Positions 1 to 9,018 of a stretch of DNA of 33,742 nucleotides are shown piece after piece. Source of the DNA: a virus (lineage: Duplodnaviria; Caudoviricetes); IMG/VR virus record IMGVR_UViG_3300031766_000033, positions 1-33,742 of that record. One strand, 5' to 3'. Position 1 is the stretch's first letter. Each line of letters opens with the position of its first letter. The notes beneath the pieces are model-generated. The model was not told the origin of the DNA, did no database searches, and saw only the letters and a program-made list of their open reading frames with translations. The position numbers were made by a program, and so were the translations under genes.

Positions 1-64
1 TAGTGTTTCGCGCCGCGATCTTTTCGTAGCGATAGAAAAAATAATTTCACTTTAGCCGAATCAT

Positions 65-73
65 TGGTAGAAT
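65..73 (+). promoter_or_regulatory. Extended -10 promoter (TGgTAGAAT) for the terminase operon, probably leaderless
   Basis: TG-n-TAGAAT at 65-73. The ATG at 80 lies 7 nt downstream of the hexamer end and has no Shine-Dalgarno in front of it. Confidence 0.5.
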
Positions 74-79
74 CGATTT

Positions 80-649
80 ATGCCTAAGAAAAAAGACAGA
101 TTTGACATCCAAGGCGATCAATTGATCGTCAATTCAGACGTAATGCTTGAGATCATGGACTGTACTCCCACTATGCTGACTCAGTATAAGAAGGACGGAG
201 TGATGGTTCAGCCGCTTTACGGCGTATACGACCTCATACCAAGTATGCGTAACTACTTGAAGAAGCTAAAGAATAAGGCTTCAGCGGTAAGTACCGAGGG
301 CGTGTTAGACTTCCACGAAGAAAAGGCTCGTTTGACTAAGATGCAAGCGGATAAAGCCGAGATGGAAGTGTTAGAGATGTCTGGCGAACTGGTTCGTGTA
401 GACGATGTATTGCAGGATTGGGAGTCTATCCTTATGGATTGTAAGGGTAAGCTGTTATCCATCCCAAGCAAGTTAGCTACGTTAGTAACTGACATTGAGA
501 ACCCTGCTGAAGCGCAGGAGTTGATTGAAGACCATATCAGAGAGGCTCTGGAGGAACTAGCCAACTATGCAGCCATTCGGGAACGTCAAGGAAATACTAC
601 TGAAGGGGATGGACGTACTGCGGCCTCCTCCGAAGTTGACAATCTCTGA
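80..649 (+). CDS. terS: Terminase small subunit, lambda Nu1-like
   Basis: N-terminal HTH-like region followed by EKARLTKMQADKAEMEV...GELV and KLLSIPSKLA, which are typical of Nu1-like proteins. Overlaps the start of the gpA-type terL. Confidence 0.85.
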   Translation: MPKKKDRFDIQGDQLIVNSDVMLEIMDCTPTMLTQYKKDGVMVQPLYGVYDLIPSMRNYLKKLKNKASAVSTEGVLDFHEEKARLTKMQADKAEMEVLEMSGELVRVDDVLQDWESILMDCKGKLLSIPSKLATLVTDIENPAEAQELIEDHIREALEELANYAAIRERQGNTTEGDGRTAASSEVDNL

Positions 650-2399
650 GTGGGCTGACAGAGAGAGAAGGCTAGATAGTCAATCAAGCGCAGAGCCTGG
701 TCGTTGGTATACTTCGCGAGCGGAGTACCAGCGCGGCATGATGGATGCTTGTAGCGACCCTAAGAACAAAGAGGTCGTCATTATGTCTGCGGCGCAGCTT
801 GGCAAGTCAGAAGCTCTGCTGAATATCATTGGTTACCACATAGACAACGATCCTTGTCCTATGCTGATGTTGCAGCCTAGCTTGGACATGGCACAGGCGT
901 TCTCAAAGGATCGTGTAGCTAATGGTCTGCTTGCGTCCACTCCCTGCTTACAGGATAAGGTTAGGTCGCCTCGCTCAAGGGACTCCGGTAACACTACGCT
1001 ACATAAGATGTTCCCAGGCGGCGCAATTACTTTGGTAGGAGCGAACAGCCCATCTAGCCTTGCTTCGCGTCCTGTGAGATTGGTTCTATGTGATGAGGTT
1101 GACAGATATCCGGTCTCTGCTGGATCTGAAGGTGATCCTATCCAGCTTGCTAGAAAGCGCGCCTCTACGTTCTGGGACAGGAAGATCGTCATGGTATCCA
1201 CTCCGACGATCAAAGGCGCTTCTCGCATTGAGGAAGCATTCGAGAAGTCTGACCAGCGCCATTATCACGTTCCGTGTCCTCACTGCGACCATAAGCAGAA
1301 GCTAGATTGGGGTCATGTCATCTGGACTGACAATGATCCAGAGACAGCAGGTTATCGCTGCGAGTCTTGCGCTGTCATCTGGTCAGACTCAGATCGTCGT
1401 AAGGCTATTCGCAATGGTGAGTGGATAGCAGACGAGCCATTTAATGGCATAGCTGGTTTTGCCATCTCCGCGCTATACAGTCCTTGGACACCTCTTTCTG
1501 ACGGCGTTAGGGAATTCTTATCTGTAAGGAAGAATCCTGAGCAGCTTAAGGTTTGGAACAATACTTACCTGGGGAAAAGTTGGGAGGACGAAGGTGAAAG
1601 TCTAGACCTCTATAACTTACAAGAGAGAAGAGAAGACTTCGCCAATAAGATACCTGAAGAATGCATACTTCTTACGGCAGGAGTTGACGTTCAGGATGAC
1701 AGACTAGAGGTTAGTGTAATTGGCTGGGGAAGGGACGACGAAAGCTGGGTCATTGACCATGAAGTCATGTACGGAGATCCATCTACGCCTCATCTTTGGA
1801 CTAGTTTGGATACTCATATCTTTCAGACCTTTGAGACTCACGATAACAGACAATTACCGATACGAGCCATCTGCGTGGATTCCGGTGGTCACTACACAAA
1901 CTCTGTTTATGCCTATGCCAAGAAGAATGCTGGGCGTAGAGTGTTTGCAATCAAGGGTGTTGGCGGCGAAGGCAGAGCAATTGTGTCTAGGCCATCTAAG
2001 AATAACATCGGAAAATGTCCACTATTCCCTATCGGTGTAGATACCGCTAAAGACTTGTTATTTGCAAGACTTAGGATTAATGATCCTGGCGCGGGATTTA
2101 TTCACTTTTCTGATACACTTAACGACGAATACTTTAGACAACTCACGGCAGAGAAGATTGTTACTAGGTATCATCGTGGATTTAAGAAGCGGATGTTCCA
2201 GAAAATGCGACCTCGTAATGAGGCTTTGGACTGCTTCGTCTACGCAATAGCTGCTTATGCTATAATCGGGATCAATATAAATGCGCTTTCTGACAAATTG
2301 AGTCAGACAGAGCAGGAGCAGGAAGAAAAGCCCAAAGCTCCTATACGTCAACCGTTTATACCCAAGGTTGGCAGGAACTTCGTAAATTCTTGGCGCTAA
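567..2399 (+). CDS. terL: Terminase large subunit, lambda gpA family
   Basis: PPPKLTISEWAD, Walker A-like SAAQLGKSE, Walker B LCDEVDRYP, VSTPT, CPHC...CESC zinc motif, nuclease motifs LTAGVDVQDDR, CVDSGG and RNEALDC. Confidence 0.97.
   Translation: MQPFGNVKEILLKGMDVLRPPPKLTISEWADRERRLDSQSSAEPGRWYTSRAEYQRGMMDACSDPKNKEVVIMSAAQLGKSEALLNIIGYHIDNDPCPMLMLQPSLDMAQAFSKDRVANGLLASTPCLQDKVRSPRSRDSGNTTLHKMFPGGAITLVGANSPSSLASRPVRLVLCDEVDRYPVSAGSEGDPIQLARKRASTFWDRKIVMVSTPTIKGASRIEEAFEKSDQRHYHVPCPHCDHKQKLDWGHVIWTDNDPETAGYRCESCAVIWSDSDRRKAIRNGEWIADEPFNGIAGFAISALYSPWTPLSDGVREFLSVRKNPEQLKVWNNTYLGKSWEDEGESLDLYNLQERREDFANKIPEECILLTAGVDVQDDRLEVSVIGWGRDDESWVIDHEVMYGDPSTPHLWTSLDTHIFQTFETHDNRQLPIRAICVDSGGHYTNSVYAYAKKNAGRRVFAIKGVGGEGRAIVSRPSKNNIGKCPLFPIGVDTAKDLLFARLRINDPGAGFIHFSDTLNDEYFRQLTAEKIVTRYHRGFKKRMFQKMRPRNEALDCFVYAIAAYAIIGININALSDKLSQTEQEQEEKPKAPIRQPFIPKVGRNFVNSWR
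2256..2266 (+). promoter_or_regulatory. Candidate internal extended -10 promoter (TATGcTATAAT) for the head genes
   Basis: Full TRTGnTATAAT consensus inside the 3' end of terL, about 150 nt upstream of the ATG at 2415. Confidence 0.45.
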
Positions 2400-2414
2400 A
2401 CAAAGGATCAATTC

Positions 2415-2996
2415 ATGGCGAATGTATTTGACGCGACAAATGCGCCAGAGGGAGAACCTCTAGAGATAGTAGCGGGCGATTTTGTTCAGTGGAAGATATC
2501 AGATCTAGTTGCCGACTATCCTACCGCTGATTATACACTTATTTACACAGCTCGAATATCGGGTAAGCGTGATGAGTTTCAGATTACAGCCACTGGTCAA
2601 TCAGACCATTACTTAGTTTCAGCGACTAGTTCATCAACCGGATCTTACACACCAGGCAAATATGAATGGCAGCAGGAGATCGTTAGAAATAGCGATTCTG
2701 CTCGTCGCATACTTTCGCGTGGTCAATTTACCGTTTTAGCTGACTTAGATATACCAGGCACTGACCTAAGAAGTCATGCGGCAATCATGGTAGAGAAGAT
2801 TGAGAGCATCTTAGCGGGTAAAGCCGACTCAGATGTGTCTTCTTACTCAATTGCAGGTCGCTCTTTAACTAAGATGTCCTTTACCGAGCTTTTAGACGCT
2901 CGTGATTACTATAGGGCTGAGGCAATCAAAGAGAAAGCGGCTGAAGACGCTAAAAACGGTCGTAAAGGCGTTTCTACAATAAAGGTGAGGTTCTAG
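2415..2996 (+). CDS. Head-tail joining / head completion protein (gpW-like C-terminus)
   Basis: Lies between terL and the portal. The C-terminal SYSIAGRSLTKMSFTELL resembles lambda gpW-type proteins. There is an extra N-terminal beta-rich domain. Confidence 0.7.
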   Translation: MANVFDATNAPEGEPLEIVAGDFVQWKISDLVADYPTADYTLIYTARISGKRDEFQITATGQSDHYLVSATSSSTGSYTPGKYEWQQEIVRNSDSARRILSRGQFTVLADLDIPGTDLRSHAAIMVEKIESILAGKADSDVSSYSIAGRSLTKMSFTELLDARDYYRAEAIKEKAAEDAKNGRKGVSTIKVRF

Positions 2997-4469
2997 ATGG
3001 CGATTTTCGACATATTCACTAAGAAAGTGAAGCCAGAGCCTAAAATATTCAAACGAGCTTACGCTGCTGCCAATCCTGGTCGTTTGTTTGCCGACTTTAA
3101 GTCATCTGAGCGTTCCGCTGACTCTGAATTAAGCCCTGTCCTGAAAGTTATACGCAGCCGTTCTAGGGATTTAGTACGCAATAACCAATATGCAAAACGC
3201 TATATGAACTTGCTTAAGACCAATGTGATTGGCGGTAAGGGATTTGGCTTGCAGGTTAAGGCGCTAGATACAGTTGGTAAGCTCGATGAGACAGGCAATT
3301 CTGCGGTAGAACAGGCATTTATGCAGTGGGGTAAGCTAGGAAATCCTACTGTAGACGGCAGAATGGCTTGGGCTGACGCTCAGAGGCTGTGTTTAGAGGC
3401 TTTGGCGCGTGATGGCGAGGTCTTTGTAGTAAAACATCGCGGAAACGGCTTTAAAGACTCATTTGCAATAGAATTCATTGAGTCTGATCAGGTTGATGAG
3501 ACCAAGAATGAAAAACTAGCCAATGGTAACGAAATTCGCATGGGCGTTGAGCTGAACAAGTTCAAGAAGCCAGTTGCGTACCATTTCCTTAGCTACCATC
3601 CAGGCGATTACGACTTTACCACGATGTCTGTTTCTAAGAAGACGATTCGTATTCCTGCGGACAAGGTAATTCATGTATTTATGCCTTTACGCTCTGGTCA
3701 GACGCGAGGCGAGCCTTGGATGTCGCCAGCAATGTCTGGACTTAAGCAGTTAAGCGCTTACATTGAGGCTTCATTGGTTGCTGCTCGTGTTGGCGCGAGT
3801 AAGATGGGATTCTTTACTAGCCCAGGCGGTGATGGGTTTATTGCTGACGACCTAGATGGTCAAGTGCCAATCATGGACGCAGAACCTGGCACGTTCCATC
3901 AACTGCCTACAGGCGTAGACTTTAAGACATTTGACCCGCAGAACCCAAACAATGAGTTTGAGAGCTTCCATAAGTCAGTACTAAAGTCGGTCGCATCTGC
4001 TTTAGGTATCTCTTATACCTCTCTCAGCAACGATTTAGAGGCTACTAGCTACTCTAGTATTCGCCAGGGCGCGTTAGAAGAGCGTGATTATTACCGTGAT
4101 ATCCAGCAGTTTATGATAGATCACTTCGTTCGGCCTGTGTTTGAAGGATGGCTAGAAAGCGCGATGGAGATCAATTCATTCGGTATCCCGCTGCGCCAAT
4201 ACGACAGATTCTCTAATTCTGCTGAGTTCAGGGGTAAGGGATGGTCTTGGATTGACCCTCTGAAAGAGATGAACGCCTCGGTAGTTGGTCTTAAGAGCGG
4301 AATACTCTCTATTCAGGACGTAGCAAGCCAGTATGGGAAAGATGCAGAAGAATTAATGGCTCAGATACAACGCGATAAGAATCTTGCTGATCAGTTTGGC
4401 ATTAAGTACGCATTAGAGCCTTACGGAGCGCAGTTCGTACCACAAGAACCGGATTTGACTGATGACTAA
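2997..4469 (+). CDS. Portal protein, lambda family
   Basis: RSRSRDLVRNN, RDGEVF, GVELNKFKKPVAYH, GQTRGEPW, YSSIRQGALE, WSWIDPLKE. Confidence 0.97.
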   Translation: MAIFDIFTKKVKPEPKIFKRAYAAANPGRLFADFKSSERSADSELSPVLKVIRSRSRDLVRNNQYAKRYMNLLKTNVIGGKGFGLQVKALDTVGKLDETGNSAVEQAFMQWGKLGNPTVDGRMAWADAQRLCLEALARDGEVFVVKHRGNGFKDSFAIEFIESDQVDETKNEKLANGNEIRMGVELNKFKKPVAYHFLSYHPGDYDFTTMSVSKKTIRIPADKVIHVFMPLRSGQTRGEPWMSPAMSGLKQLSAYIEASLVAARVGASKMGFFTSPGGDGFIADDLDGQVPIMDAEPGTFHQLPTGVDFKTFDPQNPNNEFESFHKSVLKSVASALGISYTSLSNDLEATSYSSIRQGALEERDYYRDIQQFMIDHFVRPVFEGWLESAMEINSFGIPLRQYDRFSNSAEFRGKGWSWIDPLKEMNASVVGLKSGILSIQDVASQYGKDAEELMAQIQRDKNLADQFGIKYALEPYGAQFVPQEPDLTDD

Positions 4470-6939
4470 GTATAAAGGCGTAGATATCAATACAAAGCCA
4501 ACTGACGGCATGGTATCTGCTGCTCGCAAGGCACTTGATTGGCGTAAAGAATACGGCAGGGGTGGTACTGCGGTAGGAGTTGCTAGAGCTAGAGACATAA
4601 TCAATGGTTCTAATCTTAGTATTAGTACTGTAAAGCGAATGTACTCGTTCTTTGCCAGGCATGAAGTAGACAAGAAAGCAGAAGGCTTTAACTCTGGTGA
4701 AGAAGGATTCCCTAGCGCAGGAAGAATTGCTTGGGGTCTCTGGGGTGGTGACGCAGGACAAACATGGTCTAAGCGCATCGTGGATAGGATCAACTCTATT
4801 GACGATCGTAGCTATGATATAATCAACGACATAGCTGAAGAGGATTCAGACATGACGGATTTAGTAAACGAGGTGTTGATTGACGACACCGAGGAAGAGA
4901 TCGAGCAACGCGCTGAACCAGACGCTTTAAATGTCGGCGACTTTGTGAGCTGGAATAGTTCAGGCGGTCGCGCTCGTGGACGCATTGTTAAAATTGAAAG
5001 AGACGGTGAAATTAATGTCCCTGACTCTGATTTCAGCCTTGAAGGCACTGAAGAAAACCCAGCGGCCTTGATTAGACTTTATGATGGAGAGGGCGAGGAG
5101 ACAGATCGCTCTGTCGGTCACAAGTTTTCTACGTTAACTAAAATCGACCCTATTCGCGGCAATTATGATGAAGATCGTAAGGGTGATGTAGAAGTTCAGC
5201 ATCGCGCCATGTCGCTAGATGCGTCTCCTATTGATGAAGAGAAGCGCACAGTTAAGATTGCTATCTCATCCGAAGAGCCTGTATCTAGGTCATTTGGTAA
5301 TGAGGTATTAGAACATTCAGCCGAAGCGATTGATTTATCATTCCTCGCTTCAGGCAGAGCGCCACTGTTGCTGGATCATGACCCAGAGAAACAGATAGGC
5401 GTAATAGAATCGGTAGACCTTGATGGCTCGGCTCGTAGACTGCGAGCGACAGTACGCTTTGGAAAAGGCGCACTTGCTAGAGAGGCGTTCGATGATGTGT
5501 TGGACGGTATCCGCGCTAATATCAGTGTTGGTTATTCGATCAGCAAGATGCAGAAAGATGCTAGGGATGGCGAAACGTATATCGCTAAATCCTGGCGACC
5601 AATGGAAGCAAGTTTGGTGTCTATTCCTGCCGATGTGACAGTTGGCGTTGGACGGTCGAGCGAGCAGCCAAAGAAACCCGAAATCGTAACTTATGTGGAG
5701 GACAGTAAAATGTCTGAAGTAGATATCGCGGCTGTAGAGGCTCAAGCCCGTCAATCAGCCAGTAAGAATGCAGCTCAAATCCTTGAGCTTGGTCAGCGTC
5801 ACGGTCAGAGCGAGCTTGCTCACAAGGCTATTGCTGAAGGTACATCAATCGAAGAGTTCCGTGGTTCGGTTCTTGAGAAGATCGGTAGCGAACGCGCTCT
5901 CGAAGCTCAAGAGATCGGATTGACTAAAGAGCAGACTAAGCGCTTCTCACTAGTCAAGGCTATCCACGCTCTTGCAAACCCAACTGATCGCCGCGCTCAA
6001 GAAGCTGCTGCGTTTGAGTTCGAGGCTTCACGCGCTGCTGCTGAGCAGTACGGTCGCTCAGCTCAAGGCATCATGCTCCCTGCGGAAGTAATGAAGAACT
6101 GGAAGCGTGACCTGAACTCTGCTGATGATTCAGCGATCTTCGGTGATGATTTCCGTGGCGGTGACTTCATCGACGTACTGCGTAACGCTTCAAGCGTAAT
6201 GCAAGCTGGCGCAACAATGCTGTCTGGGCTCTCTGGCGATGTCAAAATCCCTAAGAAGACTGCTGCTGCAACTGCTGCTTGGATTGCTACTGAAGGTGGC
6301 GCGGCTGCTGAGAGCGAAATGACAGTTGGTCAGGTCTCAATGACTCCTAAGACTCTTGGTGCGTTCACTGACGTTACTCGTCAGCTACTCATCCAAAGCT
6401 CTTTGGACGTTGAGGCTCTTATCCGTAACGACCTCACTTCTGCTATGGCTCTTACTATTGATAAGGCTGGCTTGGAAGGCGCAGGTACAAGCGGAGCGCC
6501 TACTGGTATCCTGAGTACTTCTGGTGTGAACACTGTCTCTGCATTCGCTGCTGCTAACCCAACTTTTGCGGAAGTTGTTGGCCTTGAGACAGCAATTGCA
6601 GAAGACAACGCTCTCATGGGTAACCTTGCTTACATCCTCCCTGCGGGTATGTACGGCGCTCTGAAGACTACTGAGAAGGCTTCTGGTACTGCTCAGTTCG
6701 TCATCGAGCCAGGTGGCACTATGAACGGCTACCGCGCAATCGTTTCTAACCAAGCGACTGCTGGTAACCTTTACTTCGGCAACTTCTCTGACCTCCTTAT
6801 TGGAATGTTCGGTGGACTAGATATAGTAGTAGACCCATATACAGCGTCTACAACTGGTACTATCCGAGTAGTTGCTCTGCAATCAGTAGACGTAGCAGTA
6901 CGTCACGCTGTGAGCTTCGCCTTCGGTAACGACGGCTAG
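4462..6939 (+). CDS. Fused head polyprotein: unknown N-domain + Tudor/SH3-like domain + prohead protease + HK97-fold major capsid protein
   Basis: Protease motifs LLLDHD, ISVGY and EASLVSIPAD (about 5240-5660). Capsid motifs FIDVLRNAS, AWIATEG, QLLIQSS, YFGNFSDL and DVAVRH (5710-6939). Confidence 0.93.
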   Translation: MTKYKGVDINTKPTDGMVSAARKALDWRKEYGRGGTAVGVARARDIINGSNLSISTVKRMYSFFARHEVDKKAEGFNSGEEGFPSAGRIAWGLWGGDAGQTWSKRIVDRINSIDDRSYDIINDIAEEDSDMTDLVNEVLIDDTEEEIEQRAEPDALNVGDFVSWNSSGGRARGRIVKIERDGEINVPDSDFSLEGTEENPAALIRLYDGEGEETDRSVGHKFSTLTKIDPIRGNYDEDRKGDVEVQHRAMSLDASPIDEEKRTVKIAISSEEPVSRSFGNEVLEHSAEAIDLSFLASGRAPLLLDHDPEKQIGVIESVDLDGSARRLRATVRFGKGALAREAFDDVLDGIRANISVGYSISKMQKDARDGETYIAKSWRPMEASLVSIPADVTVGVGRSSEQPKKPEIVTYVEDSKMSEVDIAAVEAQARQSASKNAAQILELGQRHGQSELAHKAIAEGTSIEEFRGSVLEKIGSERALEAQEIGLTKEQTKRFSLVKAIHALANPTDRRAQEAAAFEFEASRAAAEQYGRSAQGIMLPAEVMKNWKRDLNSADDSAIFGDDFRGGDFIDVLRNASSVMQAGATMLSGLSGDVKIPKKTAAATAAWIATEGGAAAESEMTVGQVSMTPKTLGAFTDVTRQLLIQSSLDVEALIRNDLTSAMALTIDKAGLEGAGTSGAPTGILSTSGVNTVSAFAAANPTFAEVVGLETAIAEDNALMGNLAYILPAGMYGALKTTEKASGTAQFVIEPGGTMNGYRAIVSNQATAGNLYFGNFSDLLIGMFGGLDIVVDPYTASTTGTIRVVALQSVDVAVRHAVSFAFGNDG
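4813..4823 (+). promoter_or_regulatory. Candidate internal extended -10 promoter (TATGaTATAAT)
   Basis: TRTGnTATAAT consensus, followed by GAGGA (4840-4844) and an in-frame ATG at 4852. Confidence 0.5.
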
Positions 6940-6951
6940 TAAGACTTGAAT

Positions 6952-6981
6952 AGGGGCGGGTTTAGGCTCGCCCCTTTTCTT
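6952..6981 (+). terminator. Rho-independent terminator after the capsid gene
   Basis: Stem GGGGCGGG / CTCGCCCC (one G-U pair), loop TTTAGG, followed by TTTTCTT. Confidence 0.85.
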
Positions 6982-6992
6982 ACGAGGTATTT

Positions 6993-7199
6993 ATGAAATA
7001 CGAAGTCTTAAAGAATTGCGTCATCGACCGAGTAGCTCGGAAAAAAGGTGATGTAGTAGAAGTAGTAGAAGATATAAATGGACTACTGGGTATGGGACGT
7101 ATTATCCCTGCTACAGAGCCAGAGATTAAGGTTGACCGATCAGTAGGTCTTGAGACCTCTATTGAGCAGCCTAAGCGTCGAGGAAGAATCGCCAAGTGA
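6993..7199 (+). CDS. Small head-associated hypothetical protein
   Basis: GAGGT RBS. Directly follows the capsid gene, with a KKGDVVEV motif and a basic tail as in small post-capsid phage proteins. Confidence 0.65.
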   Translation: MKYEVLKNCVIDRVARKKGDVVEVVEDINGLLGMGRIIPATEPEIKVDRSVGLETSIEQPKRRGRIAK

Positions 7200-7501
7200 C
7201 AGTAGAAACCGCAGCAGAGAGAAATGCAATGTTAGCCGACTTTGGTGTTGATGCTATCTTTGATCCTGCTACGAGTTCTCACCGGACGGTAAAAGGCATC
7301 TTCGATAATATCTACGAGGAGGTTGAGGCGGGTGGTCGCGTTGGTATTGCGATGCAGCAGCCCAGGTTCTTTTGTAAGACAGCCGATATTTCTGGCGCTG
7401 TTGAAGGTGACGCTTTAGAAATTGGCTCAGTTCCATATACAATTAAGGTTATCATGTCTGATGGTAACGGAATGAGCGAATTAGTATTGGAGCTTGATTA
7501 A
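7196..7501 (+). CDS. Head-tail joining protein (gpFII-like head closure)
   Basis: Position, about 100 aa, beta-rich with VKGIFDN, EGDALEIG and DGNGMSELVL. Confidence 0.75.
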   Translation: MTVETAAERNAMLADFGVDAIFDPATSSHRTVKGIFDNIYEEVEAGGRVGIAMQQPRFFCKTADISGAVEGDALEIGSVPYTIKVIMSDGNGMSELVLELD

Positions 7502-7944
7502 TGGCTCATATGCGAAAGCAAATACGAGATGCTGTGATTACATTGTGTACTGGTCTTACTACGACAGGCACTAAGATATTTAATCACCGAGTCTATCCGC
7601 TAGGTTCTAACAAATTACCTGGCCTTTGCGTATATACTCAGGACGAGAGTACGATCTATCAATCGATCAGTCCTCCTCGCTCTGTTATGCGAACATTGAA
7701 CGTAGTGGTTGAGTCTTATGTTAAGGCGACGACAGGCTATGATGATACAATAGACCAAATTGCGCTTGAGGTCGAAGAGGCTATAACCGCAGACGTTACA
7801 TTAGGCGGTCTAGCTAAAGATACTAAGATTCTCGGATTCACCAGCGAAGTTTCAGGTGATGGCGAACAACCTGCGTGTGTAGGCATCATGCAAGTCCAAG
7901 TCACCTACTGCGTGGCTGAGAATGACCCAGAAACGAGTGTTTAG
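7501..7944 (+). CDS. Tail terminator / completion protein (gpU-like)
   Basis: MAHMRKQIRDAV, LPGLCVYT, IDQIALEVEEAI, DVTLGGLA; located before the major tail protein. Confidence 0.7.
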   Translation: MAHMRKQIRDAVITLCTGLTTTGTKIFNHRVYPLGSNKLPGLCVYTQDESTIYQSISPPRSVMRTLNVVVESYVKATTGYDDTIDQIALEVEEAITADVTLGGLAKDTKILGFTSEVSGDGEQPACVGIMQVQVTYCVAENDPETSV

Positions 7945-7952
7945 GAGGTATA

Positions 7953-8126
7953 ATGGCTAAACGCATTACGATCTACAAAGGCAGCAACACTCAGATAATA
8001 TGGGAAGAAGATCTGCCTAACATGGAGCGAAAGGGTTGGTCTGATGAACCTGCTACCGCTCATAAGAAACCTAAAGCTGTTAAAGTAATTGATATTATTG
8101 AGGAAATAGAAGATGGCGACATTTAG
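7953..8126 (+). CDS. Small hypothetical protein, 57 aa (not in the ORF track)
   Basis: AGGAGG RBS at 7943-7948 and ATG at 7953; MAKRITIYKGSNTQIIWEEDLPNMERKGWS...EEIEDGDI. Fills the gap and overlaps the major tail gene start. Confidence 0.7.
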   Translation: MAKRITIYKGSNTQIIWEEDLPNMERKGWSDEPATAHKKPKAVKVIDIIEEIEDGDI

Positions 8127-8505
8127 CGGAAGTGGCGGGACAGTATTGGTTGGAAGCGATCCTATCGCTGAGATCAAGAGCTATTCCGTTGAAGAAAGCA
8201 TGGACACACTTGAGGATACTTCTATGGGCGACACTAGTCGTACATACAAGGCAAGCCTTAAGACTTTCTCTGGTTCATGTGATGTCATGTTCGATGACAC
8301 AGATACGGCGGGTCAAGGCGCGCTGACGGTTGGCTCTGAAGTGACTATGTCATTCCAAATGGAAGGCAACACTACAGGCGACCATCGTTTGTCAGGAACT
8401 GTGTTAGTAACTGGTCGTACCATTAATTCATCATTTGACGGACTAGTTGAAGCTAGTTTATCATTCCAAGGCACTGGAGCATTAACAGAGGGTACAGTAG
8501 CCTAA
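8113..8505 (+). CDS. Major tail tube protein
   Basis: IAEIKSYSVEES, LEDTSMGDTSRTY, FDGLVEASLSFQGTGAL; located upstream of the chaperone and tape measure genes. Confidence 0.85.
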   Translation: MATFSGSGGTVLVGSDPIAEIKSYSVEESMDTLEDTSMGDTSRTYKASLKTFSGSCDVMFDDTDTAGQGALTVGSEVTMSFQMEGNTTGDHRLSGTVLVTGRTINSSFDGLVEASLSFQGTGALTEGTVA

Positions 8506-8506
8506 T

Positions 8507-8833
8507 ATGAAATTAATCGATGCAGCGGTCACTCATTTCAGTTCTCGCGCGATTCGCACAGTAGAAGTACCAGAGTGGGAGACTACGCTTTATAGCAAGA
8601 ATCTCACTTTGGATGACAAAGCCAAGTGGCTTTCTAGAGCGAACAGCGATACTACTGATTACATGGTTTATGCCGTAATCTTTGGACTCACCGATGAAAA
8701 GGGTGACCCTGTATTTACGATTGATGACAAGATTAAAATCAGGAAGTCAGTTGATCCTGAGATTATTCAGCGTCTAGCAAACTTCGTTCTAATACCTGAC
8801 CCAGAGTCAGAGGATGATCGAAAAAAAAGCTAG
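8507..8833 (+). CDS. Tail assembly chaperone (gpG-like)
   Basis: Lies between the tail tube and tape measure genes and ends in an A8 slippery run (8821-8828). Confidence 0.8.
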   Translation: MKLIDAAVTHFSSRAIRTVEVPEWETTLYSKNLTLDDKAKWLSRANSDTTDYMVYAVIFGLTDEKGDPVFTIDDKIKIRKSVDPEIIQRLANFVLIPDPESEDDRKKS

Positions 8834-9018
8834 TAGATAATCAGGGAAAGCCAACGGAGCTTTACCTTATGTATGAGTTGGCGTATGAACTGCGCCAGCC
8901 GCTGTCAGCCATTTTTGAGATGACCACTGAGGAGTTCACTCATTGGTTTACCTTCCTTAAGATAAGACACGAGAGAATTAAAAATGGCGGCAGACCAAAA
9001 CATAATCCTAGGAATTAA
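8821..9018 (+). CDS. Tail assembly chaperone gpGT extension (-1 frameshift product)
   Basis: The -1 frame is open from the A8 run to TAA at 9016-9018: KLVDNQGKPTELYLMYELAYELRQPLSAIFEMTTEEFTHWFTFLKIR... Confidence 0.8.
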   Translation, partial: KKKLVDNQGKPTELYLMYELAYELRQPLSAIFEMTTEEFTHWFTFLKIRHERIKNGGRPKHNPRN

